Shown: positions 1 through 11,530 of the stretch, one piece after another
How positions within the stretch are numbered: the first letter of the stretch is position 1
Layout: each line of letters begins with the position of its first letter
Assembly: GCA_013239625.1 (NCBI GenBank)
Contig: MU053934.1
Coordinates: forward strand, 9,259,352-9,323,351
Reading direction: 5' to 3'
Source: Lama guanicoe
Lineage: Eukaryota
Length of the DNA: 64,000 bases
Notes under the pieces: model-generated
The model's input: the letters and a program-made list of their open reading frames with translations, nothing else
Told to the model about the DNA's origin: nothing
Database searches by the model: none
Made by a program: the position numbers and the translations under genes

Positions 1-1419
1 GGGTTCCCCTTTCTGCACAGCCTCTCCAGCATTTGTCATTTGTGGATTTTTGAATGACGGCCATTCTGACTGGCGTGAGGTGATACCTCATTGTAGTTTT
101 GATTTGCATTTCTCTGATAATTAGTGATACTGAGCATTTTTTCATGTGCCTTTTGATCATTTGTATGTCTTCCTTGGAGAATTGCTTGTTTAGGTCTTCT
201 GCCCATTTTTGGATTGGGTTGTTTATTTTTTTCTTATTGAGTTGTATGAGCTGCTTATATATTCTGGAGATCAAGCCTTTGTCGGTTTCATTTGCAAAAA
301 TTTTCTCCCATTCTGTAGGTTGTCTTTTTGTTTTACTTATGGTTTCCTTTGCTGTGCAGAAGCTCGTAAGTTTCATTAGGTCCCATTTGTTTATTCTTGC
401 TTTTATTTCTTCTAGGAGAAAATTTTTGAGATGTATGTCAGATAATGTTTTGCCTGTGTTTTCCTCTAGGAGGTTTATTGTATCTTGTCTTATGCTTAAA
501 TCTTTGATCCATTTTAAGTTGATTTTTGTATATGGTATAAGGGAGTGTTCTAGCTTCATTGATTTACATGCTGCTGTCCAGTTTTCCCAACACCATTTGC
601 TGAAGAGACTGTCTTTATTCCATTGTATATTCTTGCCTCCTTTGTCGAAGATGAGTTGACCAAAAGTTTGTGGGTTCATTTCTGGGCTCTCTATTCTGTT
701 CCATTGGTCTATATGTCTGTTTTGGTACCAATACCATGCTGTCTTGATGACTGTAGCTCTATAGTATTGTCTGAAGTCTGGGAGAGTTATTCCTCCAGCC
801 TCTTTCTTTCTCTTCAGTAATGCTTTGGCAATTCTAGGCCTTTGATGGTTCCATATAAATTTTATTATGATTTGTTCTAGTTCTGTGAAATATGTCCTGG
901 GTAATTGGATAGGGATTGCATTAAATCTGTAGATCGCCTTGGGCAGTGTGACCATTTTAACAATATTGATTCTTCCAATCCAAGAGCATGGGATATCTTT
1001 CCATTTTTTAAAGTCTTCTTTAATTTCCTTCATCAATGGTTTGTAGTTTTCTGTGTATAATTCTTTCACCTCCTTGGTTAGATTTATTCCCAGATATTTT
1101 ATTACTTTGGGTGCTGTTTTAAAGGGGATTGTTTCTTTACTTTCTTTTTCTGTTGATTCATCATTAGTGTAAAGAAATGCAACTGATTTTTGAATGTTAA
1201 TTTGGTAACCTGCTACCTTGCTGAGTTCTTCAATCAGCTCTAGTAGTTTTTGTGTGGACCTTTTAGGGTTTTCTATGTATAGTAACATGTTGTCAGCATA
1301 TAGTGACACTTTTACCACTTCTTTTCCAATTTGGATCCCTTTTATTTCTCTCTCTTGCCTGATTGCTGTGGCTAGGACTTCTAGGACTATGTTGAATAGG
1401 AGTGGTGATAGTGGGCATC
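1..1419 (-). mobile_element. LINE-1, relatively young lineage-specific copy, 3' part of ORF2, 5'-truncated at ~1419, continues beyond the window start
   Basis: Typical antisense L1 ORF2 text (ccattctgactggcgtgaggtgatacctcattgtagttttgatttgcatt ... gttgaataggagtggtgatagtgggcatc). The + strand ORFs 99..659, 623..820 and 1218..1424 are L1-antisense artefacts. Confidence 0.93.
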
Positions 1420-1479
1420 ATTAAATTCTTAATATGCTTTTGGATCCCTTTCTGGCTTTGTGACTTTTTGCAGAGGAAA

Positions 1480-1717
1480 CCAGTAAGATATTAACAACTG
1501 CTAAAGAATTCAAAGAGCCACATGTTTATATGCGATAAAGGAATGCTGAAATGAACTTACAGAGAGGTGCAAAAACTGGTCTATGCACAAGGCAATAGTT
1601 AATTGCATGCCAGACAGACAGAAGTAACCCGCATTTCTGCAGACAAGAATCATTTGTATTGGTATCTGTTTTCCACAGCTTATGAGCATTAAATGATAAG
1701 GTTAACCCAGACCAGTG
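1480..1717. mobile_element. Possible ancient hAT-type DNA transposon fragment
   Basis: aaagagccacatg...taaaggaatgctgaaatgaac resembles hAT-Charlie/MER relics; weak recall only. Confidence 0.25.
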
Positions 1718-2094
1718 ATCCAGACAGTAGGCTCGTCTTTGTTTTCCTTTTACCCACTTCAGAATCTTGTCCCTTTAATTTGCCTGCATCTTTTCCCCCT
1801 GGTGCCTGACTTAGTGAATATACTTTTACAGTACTTACAAATAGTGGAAGGGCATCTCACTTATTCCTCTTTATTTTTTAAGAGAATATTTTTTTCCTGC
1901 CTGTTATTTCATTATTAGTTTCCAGATGCTGATTAGAAACACTTTATTAGTAAAAGCATTCTAGTGATGAAAATTGGAGACGTGTTAGGTGGGGATAGAT
2001 TAATTTTCTTTTGGGTTTATTTCAGGTAATATCATAGAATTTAGGAGCCGGAAGGAAACTTCTCTATCACTGCTTCCAACCTCTAACTTCCTTT

Positions 2095-3370
2095 TTTCTT
2101 CTTATCATGAAAAATTACAAGCATAGACTAAGAGAAAAAAGTGTCCCAAAACCCCGTCACCCAGCTCCGGCACTTGTCAATCACCAGTCTAGTTTCATCC
2201 TCAGTCCCACCTGATTCAAACACAGCTCCCATATATTTTATCCGTTAATGTTTTATATGTGTCTCTAAAAGATAAGGAGTCTTCATATGTAAGTAAAATA
2301 CAGTTAGCCCATCAGAAAAATTAACAGTAGAATTTAACATTAAATAAGCAGTATCCAAATACTCCGCATTATCTGAGAGCTGCTTTCAGGTTTGTTTCTT
2401 TGAGTGAGGATACAAGTGAGGGCACTGCAGGAGGTTGCTGTGTCTCAGGTCTCCTTTGAGATACAGGTTCCCTGTTACTCCTCCTCCTCGTTTTTTCCTT
2501 CCTCCGTTGCTCACTGTTTGCTGAACTGCAGTGTTTCTTCCCTGCGGTTGGATTTGTGGTGAGTGTATCTCAGTGGTGGGGCTTAATGTACCCTTCTCTT
2601 CCTCGTGTTTTCTGCAGGCGATAATTCCTTCCAGAGGCTTGTTCAGATTCAAGTCCATTTTATTATTTTTTTCTTTCCAGTGTATTTTATCGTTGGTGAT
2701 AAATACTTCCATCAAGAGGTGTATAATGTCGGGTTGTCTTTCTTTTGCGGTGTTCCCAGTTGTCCATGCTTATTACCCAGATCCGTTCATTCTTTGGGGT
2801 TGTGAAATGGTGGTGCTCAGACTCGGTCGATGATTTTTCGTTTTTTTAGCTGGAATATTTTATAAAGAGAAGCTTCTCCTAATCAGCTATTAGGTTATAC
2901 AAGGTACATTTTGATTATGAAAAGCAGAATGAATGCTTGATTTTTTTTCCCACTTTGATTACCAATCTTCAGTTTATTGAGCTGATTTTGTGGCATCATC
3001 CAAAGATGATGAGTGAGTTGTTTCAGTTGAACTTAATCATTATGAGGTCATGGCTTAAAAGCCACTTGACTTGTTTTCAGCCATTTTAGCTATAATTCTT
3101 CCTAATGTTCTAATGAGCCATTGCTGGCTAGTGAGCGTCTCTGCAGGTTGCTGACATGTCGTCCTGACATGCTGTGAGTGGTCTCTGACAGCCATCTTGC
3201 TAGTTGGTATGACAGGATGTCCAGGCCAGTCTTGTACGTGCCCTGCCCCAGACCTGCAGCCAATCACTCAGCCGTTTCTTGATGGAGAAGTGGTATCTGA
3301 AGATGACGGTCTGGGCCACTGCTCAACTAACAGAAGAGCGTGCTGACTTTGCTCGAGCCTTTTCAGCATG
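2095..3370 (-). mobile_element. Old L1 3' UTR (L1MC4/L1MC5-like), degenerate
   Basis: Motifs gtctctaaaagataaggagt and ggtatgacaggatgtccaggccagtcttgtacgtgccctgccccagacctg match L1MC-type 3' UTR text in antisense. Confidence 0.65.
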
Positions 3371-3617
3371 GTGCTAATTTCAGACTTTCTAGTCTAGATA
3401 TTTCCCCCTGACTTTTTAACTAGCAAGTGAAAGCTGTTAAGCAAAATTAAAGTTACAAGGTGTTAAAAATGTGTGTTTCTTGCTGTTTGAGATTTCAGAG
3501 TGTATATTAAAAAATTACCTTTAAATTTCCTAATTGGAGAATAATGAATACACTCTTAGAATTTTAAAAAGGAAGTAATTTTTCTTTTAAGGAGTGTTAT
3601 CTTTATGACCTAAATTT

Positions 3618-3763
3618 GGGGGGGAGGGGATAGTTCAAGTGGTAGAGTGCATGCTTAGCATGCACAAAATCCTGGGTTCAATCCCCAGTACCTCCTCTAT
3701 AAATAAATAAATAGACCTAATTACCTCCCTCCACCAAAAAAATACAATATTTGAAAAAAGAAC
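3618..3763 (+). mobile_element. tRNA-derived SINE, camelid Vic-1-like, with 15-bp target-site duplication
   Basis: G-run head, A-box-like tagttcaagtggtagag, B-box ggttcaatccc and A-rich tail; flanked by direct repeats ttatgacctaaattt at 3603-3617 and 3764-3778. Confidence 0.9.
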
Positions 3764-4468
3764 TTATGACCTAAATTTATATTATTTACCTCATTTTGTC
3801 AAATAATGTGTACTTTAAAAATGACATTTAAAAATCTGTGCAAAAATTGCATTTACAGATTTTATTTAGACTGCCTCATGCCATGCAGCTGGTAGTTTCT
3901 TAATCATGTAATCTATTTGATAACAAATTATTTAGTAATTATGTGAACTAACATTTTCAAATAATGTTATCTTTTCCAGCCTACTGAGATATTGCATATA
4001 GGTTTATATTTACCCAGGAATAATGCAAGTTCTTGCAGCCTGAGTGCTTTCAACCACAGCGTTTTACAGAATTCCTGTGGACAAGAAATTAATGTATTTC
4101 ATGGGGTATTTGTATCTTTAAAGTAGAACTTGCTTGCTGGAAACGCTTTAAAAAGAAAGTATTTGCATAAATGTTATGTACATAGCTAGTAATTTTGAAC
4201 ATTTATTCCACTATTGGAAGGTATTTTTGCTTGAATAAGAACTTTTCTGACTCTCTGCTCCAAGGACACATAATCTCGCATCCTTCTCGGCGGATGTTTG
4301 CTGTACGTGTTTAATACTTCTGTGTTGTTCTTGCTGGTTCTGTTTCTCTTTCAAGATGTGTTAAAAGCACTTTCTCTGTAATATTTTTTCTAATGTTTCA
4401 TTCTCCTAGAGTTATTTATAACAGATCATTTAACTTGCCTTAAACGCCATGTTTTCTTTGACTTTTAG

Positions 4469-4577
4469 GAGGCACTGGCTACAATTAGGCTTCTTGATGT
4501 CCTGTGTGAAATGACTGCTAACACGGACCTGCTCGGCTATCTGCAGGTTTTTCCTGGCCTGCTGGAAAGAGTGGTTG
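4469..4577 (+). CDS. ATXN10: Ataxin-10 internal coding exon (equivalent to human exon 8), 109 bp, phase 0 to phase 1
   Basis: Acceptor gttttctttgacttttAG (4467-4468), donor G|GTGAGT (4578). Translates EALATIRLLDVLCEMTANTDLLGYLQVFPGLLERVV + G, recognisable ataxin-10 sequence; joins in frame (G+AT = Asp) to the next exon. Absent from the ORF track. Confidence 0.96.
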
Positions 4578-5409
4578 GTGAGTAGAAATACCACACATAT
4601 TACTGTTTTTAATTTTAAAAAAATCTTTGATTTGTACTGTAGTGTAAGTTCAAACGCAGCCCCTTAATTTTCAGTGTATTGGTGTACTTTTTAGTTTTTG
4701 GGGGATATTTTTCTTGGAAGGAACAGCAATGTTCTGGTGACAGCTCAGGCCGTTGCCACGCACCTGCTGCTGAACTTGTGCTGCCTGCTCAGTAGGTGAG
4801 GATGCTCTCCACGGGGTGCACGCAGTGGGTGCTTTGTGAGCCGAGGCTGTGATGGGGATGGTGGAGGCAGGTGGGGGTGTTGGGGCGGTTAGGACAGTGA
4901 CGGGGGGGTTGGACCATGATGGCGATTTTTATATTTCTATAGTTTTACCAAATTTGTTAGTAAATTTTTCCCAGTTATACTATGGAACATGAAGCATAGT
5001 GCCTCATATACATAGTAATTATGTATTCAGTCCTTACAAAAAAACTGTTTTAAACAAGAATCCGTTGTTTGAAGTATTACCATCTTTGCTAAAAAACTGT
5101 TTGCAAAATAATTCACGTACAACCTGTTCCTTGTGGTTAGCCAGGCGTATGGTTGCTGTTCACTGTTTGCTATTTTTTTCTTTAAAAAAAGACTGTTCTT
5201 ATTCCGGAGACCCATATGCTAATAAGAAAGATGAATTTGTGTCTAGATGGGTAGATGAGTTAGCAGTGAGCTGTAGAAGGTGTTTAGAATCTCTTGTCAG
5301 TGTCTGTTTTTGAATGCGGTGCCTTTAGCGATAGTTAAAGTCAGACATCACAAACCCGAGCAGCGGAACGTCATGGAAGAAGCAGGTGTTTGGGGCAAAC
5401 GTGCGTTGT

Positions 5410-5535
5410 CAGCTCAACTCTGCCAAATGACTGACTTCTCTGAGCCTGATTTCTTCGTTATAAAATTGAGAAAGTGACCTGCCTTTAATAACTTTGTGGA
5501 GAGGATTAAATGAGATAACGTAGGAGCACTTATAA
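5410..5535 (+). mobile_element. MIR SINE fragment
   Basis: acttctctgagcctgatttcttcgttataaaattgag...ggattaaatgagataacg resembles the MIR core. Confidence 0.7.
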
Positions 5536-6089
5536 AGCTTCGGGAAGATCATCTACTTTCATAGGCTGCCTCGAAGCATTTCGTAGAGTATAACAGAATC
5601 GAATTCATTCCTTCTGAGTGTAGCCAAAAATAGACGAACGGAGAGCACAGGCTGCCTTCAGATGATCTGGACCCTGAGGGAAACATCAGCGCGCCGCTTG
5701 GTTTCTGTCACAGGCTGGTTGCCCGACAAGTGCCGCGTTTCAGACTTAGCTGACTGTAGTCGTCGCACGTGTTCCTTCAGAAAGAAGTTGGAATTGGAAA
5801 CTTTTTTCTAAGAAAGATGGTGGAAATTTTTTAGCTAACTTTTCTTTGTGGATAAATAGCAAATCAGAGTTGGGGTAATCTTGATGGCTTGTCTCCCCAA
5901 AACAGAGCCATGAAAAATTCTGAAGGAAAAAGCAGAGGAAGCGTCTTATCACTATTTGAAAGAACGCTTTCACGGCTCTACTTTTGCTTTATTTCAATCC
6001 ATTAAAATAAATTAGATTTGTTCATGGAAAACTAGGCTAAAACACTGAAGTTTTTCTACGGAAAATGAAGTTTATTCTTGCTGTTGTAG

Positions 6090-6259
6090 ATCTTTTACGG
6101 CTGATCCATGTAGCTGGCAGTGACACCACGAACATCTTCAGCACCTGTGCTTGCATAAAGGCAGAAGGTGACATCTCAAATATGGCCGAGGGGTTCAAGT
6201 CTCATCTCATTCGGCTGATTGGAAATCTGTGCTACAAGAATAAAGACAATCAAGACAAG
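6090..6259 (+). CDS. ATXN10: Ataxin-10 internal coding exon (equivalent to human exon 9), 170 bp
   Basis: Acceptor ttcttgctgttgtAG (6088-6089), donor AAG|GTAGGA (6260). Translates (D)LLRLIHVAGSDTTNIFSTCACIKAEGDISNMAEGFKSHLIRLIGNLCYKNKDNQDK, containing the ataxin-10 motif GFKSHLIRLIGNLCY. Lies within ORF 6065..6349. Confidence 0.97.
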
Positions 6260-6955
6260 GTAGGATGGCTCCTCAGTATGCATCATCCATATATGGCTTT
6301 ATTTAGAATATCAAATACAGGGTTTAGAATTACTCCCTTTGGGGAATGAAAGCTTGAGGTGCTGAGAAAGTAGCTTGAGGCTTGTGTATCTGTTACCACA
6401 GAGGGACATAGTATGTCGTGCTGGTTTGTCTTAGGGTTTGTAGTTTGTGATTTTGCATTGTACTTGTCTTCAGTGTGTTTGAGCCAGTCTCCTTTCTTTT
6501 AAATAGTCAGTATTTGTCCTAAGCCTGTGCATTTAAACATTACTATTTATTGATGGAGAACAATGAATGGAAAACAAAGCCTAGAAATTTTCAGGCACGT
6601 GGTCGACATTTAATAAACAGTTTTTATTGACCATTATCTTAAGAAAAAACAAAGTCTTTAACTTGCATCTGTGCCCTACATTTATGGATGATAGCACCAC
6701 AAGCATTTCTTCCAGACGTTTTGAAATGGACGTAATACTTAAGTATTAAGTCTTTGAAAACCCAGTAGACTGCCATTGGAAACCTCTTTTGTACTGAGTA
6801 ACTTAGGGGTAATTATACTGATACTGTGAGAGGGTGGTAAAAAAGACGGCCGCAGAACTGGACCACACGCTTCACACTGAACGAGCCTGCCTGTATCTTT
6901 CTAGAGTTTTACTTGGGGTGGCGTTTGTTTTGCTTCATCAAATACTGAATATACA

Positions 6956-7545
6956 TGTGGCGGTTGCTACTTTTCCAAAATGGCTGCAAAAATATCCCCT
7001 ACTCTGCATGTCTTCCTGCAGTGTGACTTTGCCACTCCCCCATCAGGGGTTAGATTTATTTTTCCATCCTCTTGAATCTAAATGGCTAAAGCCCTGTGAC
7101 TGCTTTGAATAATAAAACATGGCGGGAGTGATCCTATACCGTTTCTGGTATAGCCCGTGACTGGTCTGGCCGATTTCATACCTAGCCTCTTAGAAGCCAG
7201 TCCCCATGTAAGAAGTGCACATTCCCTGAGATCACCGAGTCCTTGTGGAGAGGCCCTGGAGGATGAGACGCAGTGAAGTGAGAGAAAGGCGCTAGTTGGG
7301 GAGCACCAAGGCACCAGGCATGTGAGCAAGGAAAACTATCTTGGAACTTGGGCAGTTGCTCGGCTCCTTAGTTCCAAGCTTGGTTGCTTAGTTGCCCAGC
7401 TGATGCCATGTGAATCAGGGACACCCTGCCTGCCAAAGCTCTTTCTGAGTTCATGACCCAGTGCATTGTGAGAAAATGTAAAAAATTGGGAAAATAGTAA
7501 GTTGTGTCGATTTTGCTTCTGTTACTAGCCTCGTAAGCTACTATT
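6956..7545 (+). mobile_element. ERVL-MaLR solo LTR (MLT1G/H-like)
   Basis: Starts tgtggc; contains caaaatggctgc, gcagtgtgactttgccactcccccatcag, cctcttgaatct, gccctgtgactgctttga, catgtaagaag and ccagctgatgccatgtg, all typical MLT1 motifs. Confidence 0.75.
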
Positions 7546-7549
7546 GGAC

Positions 7550-8440
7550 TCATTCTCCTGCAAATAATGATTATTAACTGGACAAAAGACAGCTATGTGA
7601 AGACACTCAAATTTGACACAAACTGGTAGATTTGAGAGTTGAAATAACACTTGGAAGAGGGGCACCGCAGGGAGTGTGTCATTCAGGGCAGTTAAAACTG
7701 ATAGAGAATCTGTAGTTCTTTTACCTTGAAGGGTGAAAGGACAGTTTGGAGCAACCACAGCCATTGGAAAGTGAAGGGGAGAATCCCGGAAAGGAGAAAG
7801 CGAGCCCCAAATTTCGTGACCAGTTACCTAAATCTCTGCTGATACCTTCATCAGAGATGCACGGGGCAGGCTCCGAGCACCAAAACTAAGGATAAGATAA
7901 TTGTACTGAGATTTGAGCTGCCGCCCTGGAGTTTACAGTAAAAATCCAACAAAGATAATTACCTGCTAAAACCAAAATATCAATATTCTTTAGAAGAATA
8001 TAATACAGTCTAGAGTTTTCTACAGCATAGCATTCACAATGGCCAAGGTACAGTCCAAACTTACTTGAAACACAGGAAAATATGATCCATTATGAAGACA
8101 AAAAATACCATGGAGACTCACTGTGTGATGACACAGATGTTGGGTTTAGCAGACAAGGATTTTAAAGCAATTGTAATTATGCTCAAAGATATAAAGGAAA
8201 ATATGCTTTGGATGAATGAAAAGACAGCATATCTCAGCAGAGAAATAGTAACTGTAAAAAAAGAACCAAATGGAAGTTCTCAAGCTGAAAAATACAGTAC
8301 CCAAATAAAATGTAAAATTTTTACTGAGTGAGCTTGACACCTCAATAGGGATGACAGAGTGAAGAGTCGGTGCTTGGAGACAGATCAGTAGACGTCATCC
8401 AGTCTGAAGAACAGAGGAGAGATAATATTGAAAACAAAAC
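7550..8440 (+). mobile_element. Old L1 5' region / ORF1 fragment (L1M-type)
   Basis: ORF 8092..8331 (MTQMLGLADKDFKAIVIMLKDIKENM..LSREIVTVKKE) resembles a degenerate L1 ORF1p N-terminal coiled coil. Confidence 0.75.
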
Positions 8441-11344
8441 GGCCAAATGAAGATGCTAAATTTTGATGACTGGAATAATTCCTACAGGACACAACACAGA
8501 ACTAAATGCCGGATAATTTGCTCTCTTACTATTCTTGTAAACCATTTTGATGACTCCTCATCTTCAAGCAGGTGTGGAGAGAAGACTGCTAATCTCCCCT
8601 CGGAAAATTACTGGGCTGAGTTTTGTAGGAAAAGGTTGGTAGACAATAAAACACCTTTACCTTTTTAATGCCCACGACTGCCTTTCTTGAGAAGCACAAA
8701 AGAGGTGGTTTTCTTGTGTTTAATTCTTTTGTTGCTAATTTGGGTTGGCCTCTTAAGGAACAAAATGTAGTAACCCTTGAAGGGCTTATGAAATAACTCC
8801 CCGAAGTCAGGATCAGGTTGCTCGGTAGGTAAACATGGAGTGTGCCCAGTGCCGCCGTGGAGAGGTCGCAGGGCTTGCGGGAAGTCAGTGCTGTGTTCCT
8901 TCACGTGTGTAGGTGCTAATGGCACTGCTGGCTTCTGAGCACACACTCTTGAAGGTAGGAAGGAGTTCATTCTTTGAGTATAAGAATGCCTCTGTTTCTC
9001 CTACTTTTTAACCTGTGCCAACAGAAAGCCTTAACCTGAAAGCATCACGCCTGGAATTTTTTTTTCCTCCTTTGGAAGAATCTTAACACACCATCATAAC
9101 CTTGCAGCCAAATCCCGATTTAATCCAGGTGTTGCAGACACTGGCCTTGCTCATCGTGGCCTCAGAGGGTGGCGTTCACTAGCACTTGGTGACCTTGATT
9201 AGTCTTGAAGAAGCGGGGAATGGGTGATCACGTAGCGGGTCTTTGTCACCATGCTCTTAATCTTCATGTATTGCCTGGATGGCTGTTGTCCCCTGTCCAC
9301 ATAAACTGGGGCCTAAGGGGATATTTGGCTCTTTCTCTGCTCTAAGGGTTAAAGATAGGAGCGAGGGGGATTTTGGTTCATCAGACCTAAGTTTAGCTCA
9401 TCCCTCACGCAGAAGAGAAAAGGACTGATAATTTGTTCAATGTCTGCCACGTCCCAGCACTGCGCTTGGTGAACTCCTGTGTTATCAGCTGTAGTCTTCG
9501 CACCAGCCCCGCAAAGCAGGTTCTGCTAACTACACCGAGAGAGGGGCCGTCCAGTTAGTGAGCTGCAGAGCTCTTGGGCTTGTACCATGGTCCTTCTCCT
9601 ATGGGAGCTTTCCAGAGGTTTGGAGGAAGGGGTTTAAAGTGGACCTCCTGAATGGCTTGAGGCTGAGGGTGCTGAAGGCTGGAACCTGGGTCTCCCTTGG
9701 GCCCGCTGCTGGCTCAGGTCTGGCGCGCTTTTGCTGCCCACATCTCTGTCTCCGATTTACCCATTCATCAAATGTGAGTGTTCTCAGCCTTGGGGATCCT
9801 TAGATGGACAAGACAGACAAGTGTCTCCTCCTATGAAGCTTCCGCTCTGGGAGCATCTGGGACCATCCTTGCCTGGCTGAACCAGGCCCAAAGTTATTGA
9901 CACTTATTTTTGGAATCTTTGTGCACTGCCTGGTTGCCCTGGGGTTTGATCAGAAGCCATTTAAGCCCAGCTTCTCTGTGCTTGTCTGTGTAACTTCATC
10001 GCATCGAGCATGGTGCCCACCTGCTGGGTGGCACCCCCTGGAGTTGGGCAGGTGGCCCTTCCCCCGTTGCAGAGTTCTTTTTATCTGCATTAGTTCTTTG
10101 GAGTCATATGACACGTCTGTGGAAAAGGCTGAAAAGATAGTATTGTCATTTTCTAAATGAAGAAACCAAGGTTCAGAGAGATTTGATTCAGTGCGATTTA
10201 ATTCAGCAAGACTGCCCGTGTGCATGCTCTGGAGAAGACAGTCCCCTTAGCAGGGCGCTCTGCAGGGGCGCGTGGCTCTAACAGAAGTCCGCGTGGGGAA
10301 GGCCAGGGAGGGGAGCAGGGGAGCCGTGCCTGGGCTGGGGGCAGCCCTCTCGGCCAGGACAGGAGCTGGGCTGCACATAGTGACAGAAAAGACGAGAGTC
10401 TTCCTGCCTGTCTGTGGGCTGTATTTAAGAGAGTCAGGTTGCCTGGGCTCAGATTGAAAAGTCTGCTCAGAAGTGTGTTTCACCCAGTCTTCCATGAGTC
10501 TTGAACTCTTAAGTCTGTACACAGGATGGATTGTAGTATTTCCTGAATCATAAAGGAATTTGTAGACTTCCGTTTACCAAGTCACGGCAGGGAGATGTTC
10601 TCAAATACTTAGTGACTTCTGTTGCTGCCCTGTGTTTCGTGCTTGACTTACGTGGTATTTTCCTGCTGCATCTGTAGTGATCAGTTTACTTTTAAACCTT
10701 TGTGGACCTGAAATGGAGGTTTTATTTTGGTTTCTGTTGGTAAGAGGCACATGGGTATTAATGCTGTAAACACGTAGAAAACAGTGTCCAGCTTCTTTGT
10801 TAGAATAGGAATGTGTGGTTTACTTTTTCCTTCCCCCTTCTTCTTTTCTTCATTATTGTCATAAATTCTTTAAGTGAAATGCTTTACTAAAGGAAAAGCA
10901 GAACTTTTTTTTTTCATAAAGCTGAATGCATTTTTCAAAATGAATAAGCAGGTGACCTGTCTAGTTTTTCTGCCTTCTTTTCCCCCAAAGAAATCCCATC
11001 AGCGAAGGTGGGCTGTCCACAGTTTCGGTGGCTGAATCCACTCGCCAGAGGCCCTGTGCAAACGCGGTTTGGGCTGTTCTCTCCCCCTCCTGATGGCAAG
11101 GAGCCCCAGCGTTCCCACGTGCGATGCCGTGTGCTTACACGCGTGCACACAGAACATGGCTTTCATTGCAGGCATGGCTTCATTTTAAAAAAAGTCTCTT
11201 CCATATAGAAAAGTTCAACGTGGAAAGGCAATAACTATTTGGCCCGTCCAATTCAAAATGAGCTATTATGAAGGTAGATTTCATTTATATATACATATTA
11301 AAAAAAAAAACCTGTGTGAACCTGTTTCATTAAAATCTTTTGCC

Positions 11345-11530
11345 CGTTGTGTTAGTCCCAATGTCTAAATTGTACCTGCCACATAGTAAGCATTCAGTAA
11401 ATTTTTCCTGAATGAGAATTCATTTTAAAATACCTGTCACGTCCACTACATTCTGAGCACAGGTTTAGATGCTGAAAATGTAAAGCAGATAAGACACGGC
11501 CCTCCTCTTCAAGGAGTCCCTATTTTACTG
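11345..11530. mobile_element. L2 3'-end fragments (sense, then antisense)
   Basis: gtacctgccacatagtaagcattcagtaaatttttcctgaatga (L2 tail), then gataagacacggccctcctcttcaaggagt. Confidence 0.5.

Noticed and set aside
99..659. 186-aa hydrophobic ORF resembling a membrane protein
   Set aside because: Antisense translation of L1 ORF2 ([19 protein letters not shown].. is the usual L1-antisense pattern).
3618..3695. tRNA-like sequence with A and B boxes
   Set aside because: Has a G-run head, an unrelated tail, an A-rich end and a TSD, so it is a SINE rather than a tRNA gene.
6733..6748. Perfect 16-bp palindrome taatacttaagtatta
   Set aside because: About one such palindrome is expected by chance in 64 kb (64000/4^8), more in AT-rich DNA; no supporting context.
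8092..8331. ORF resembling a coiled-coil protein
   Set aside because: Degenerate L1 ORF1p fragment, not a host gene.
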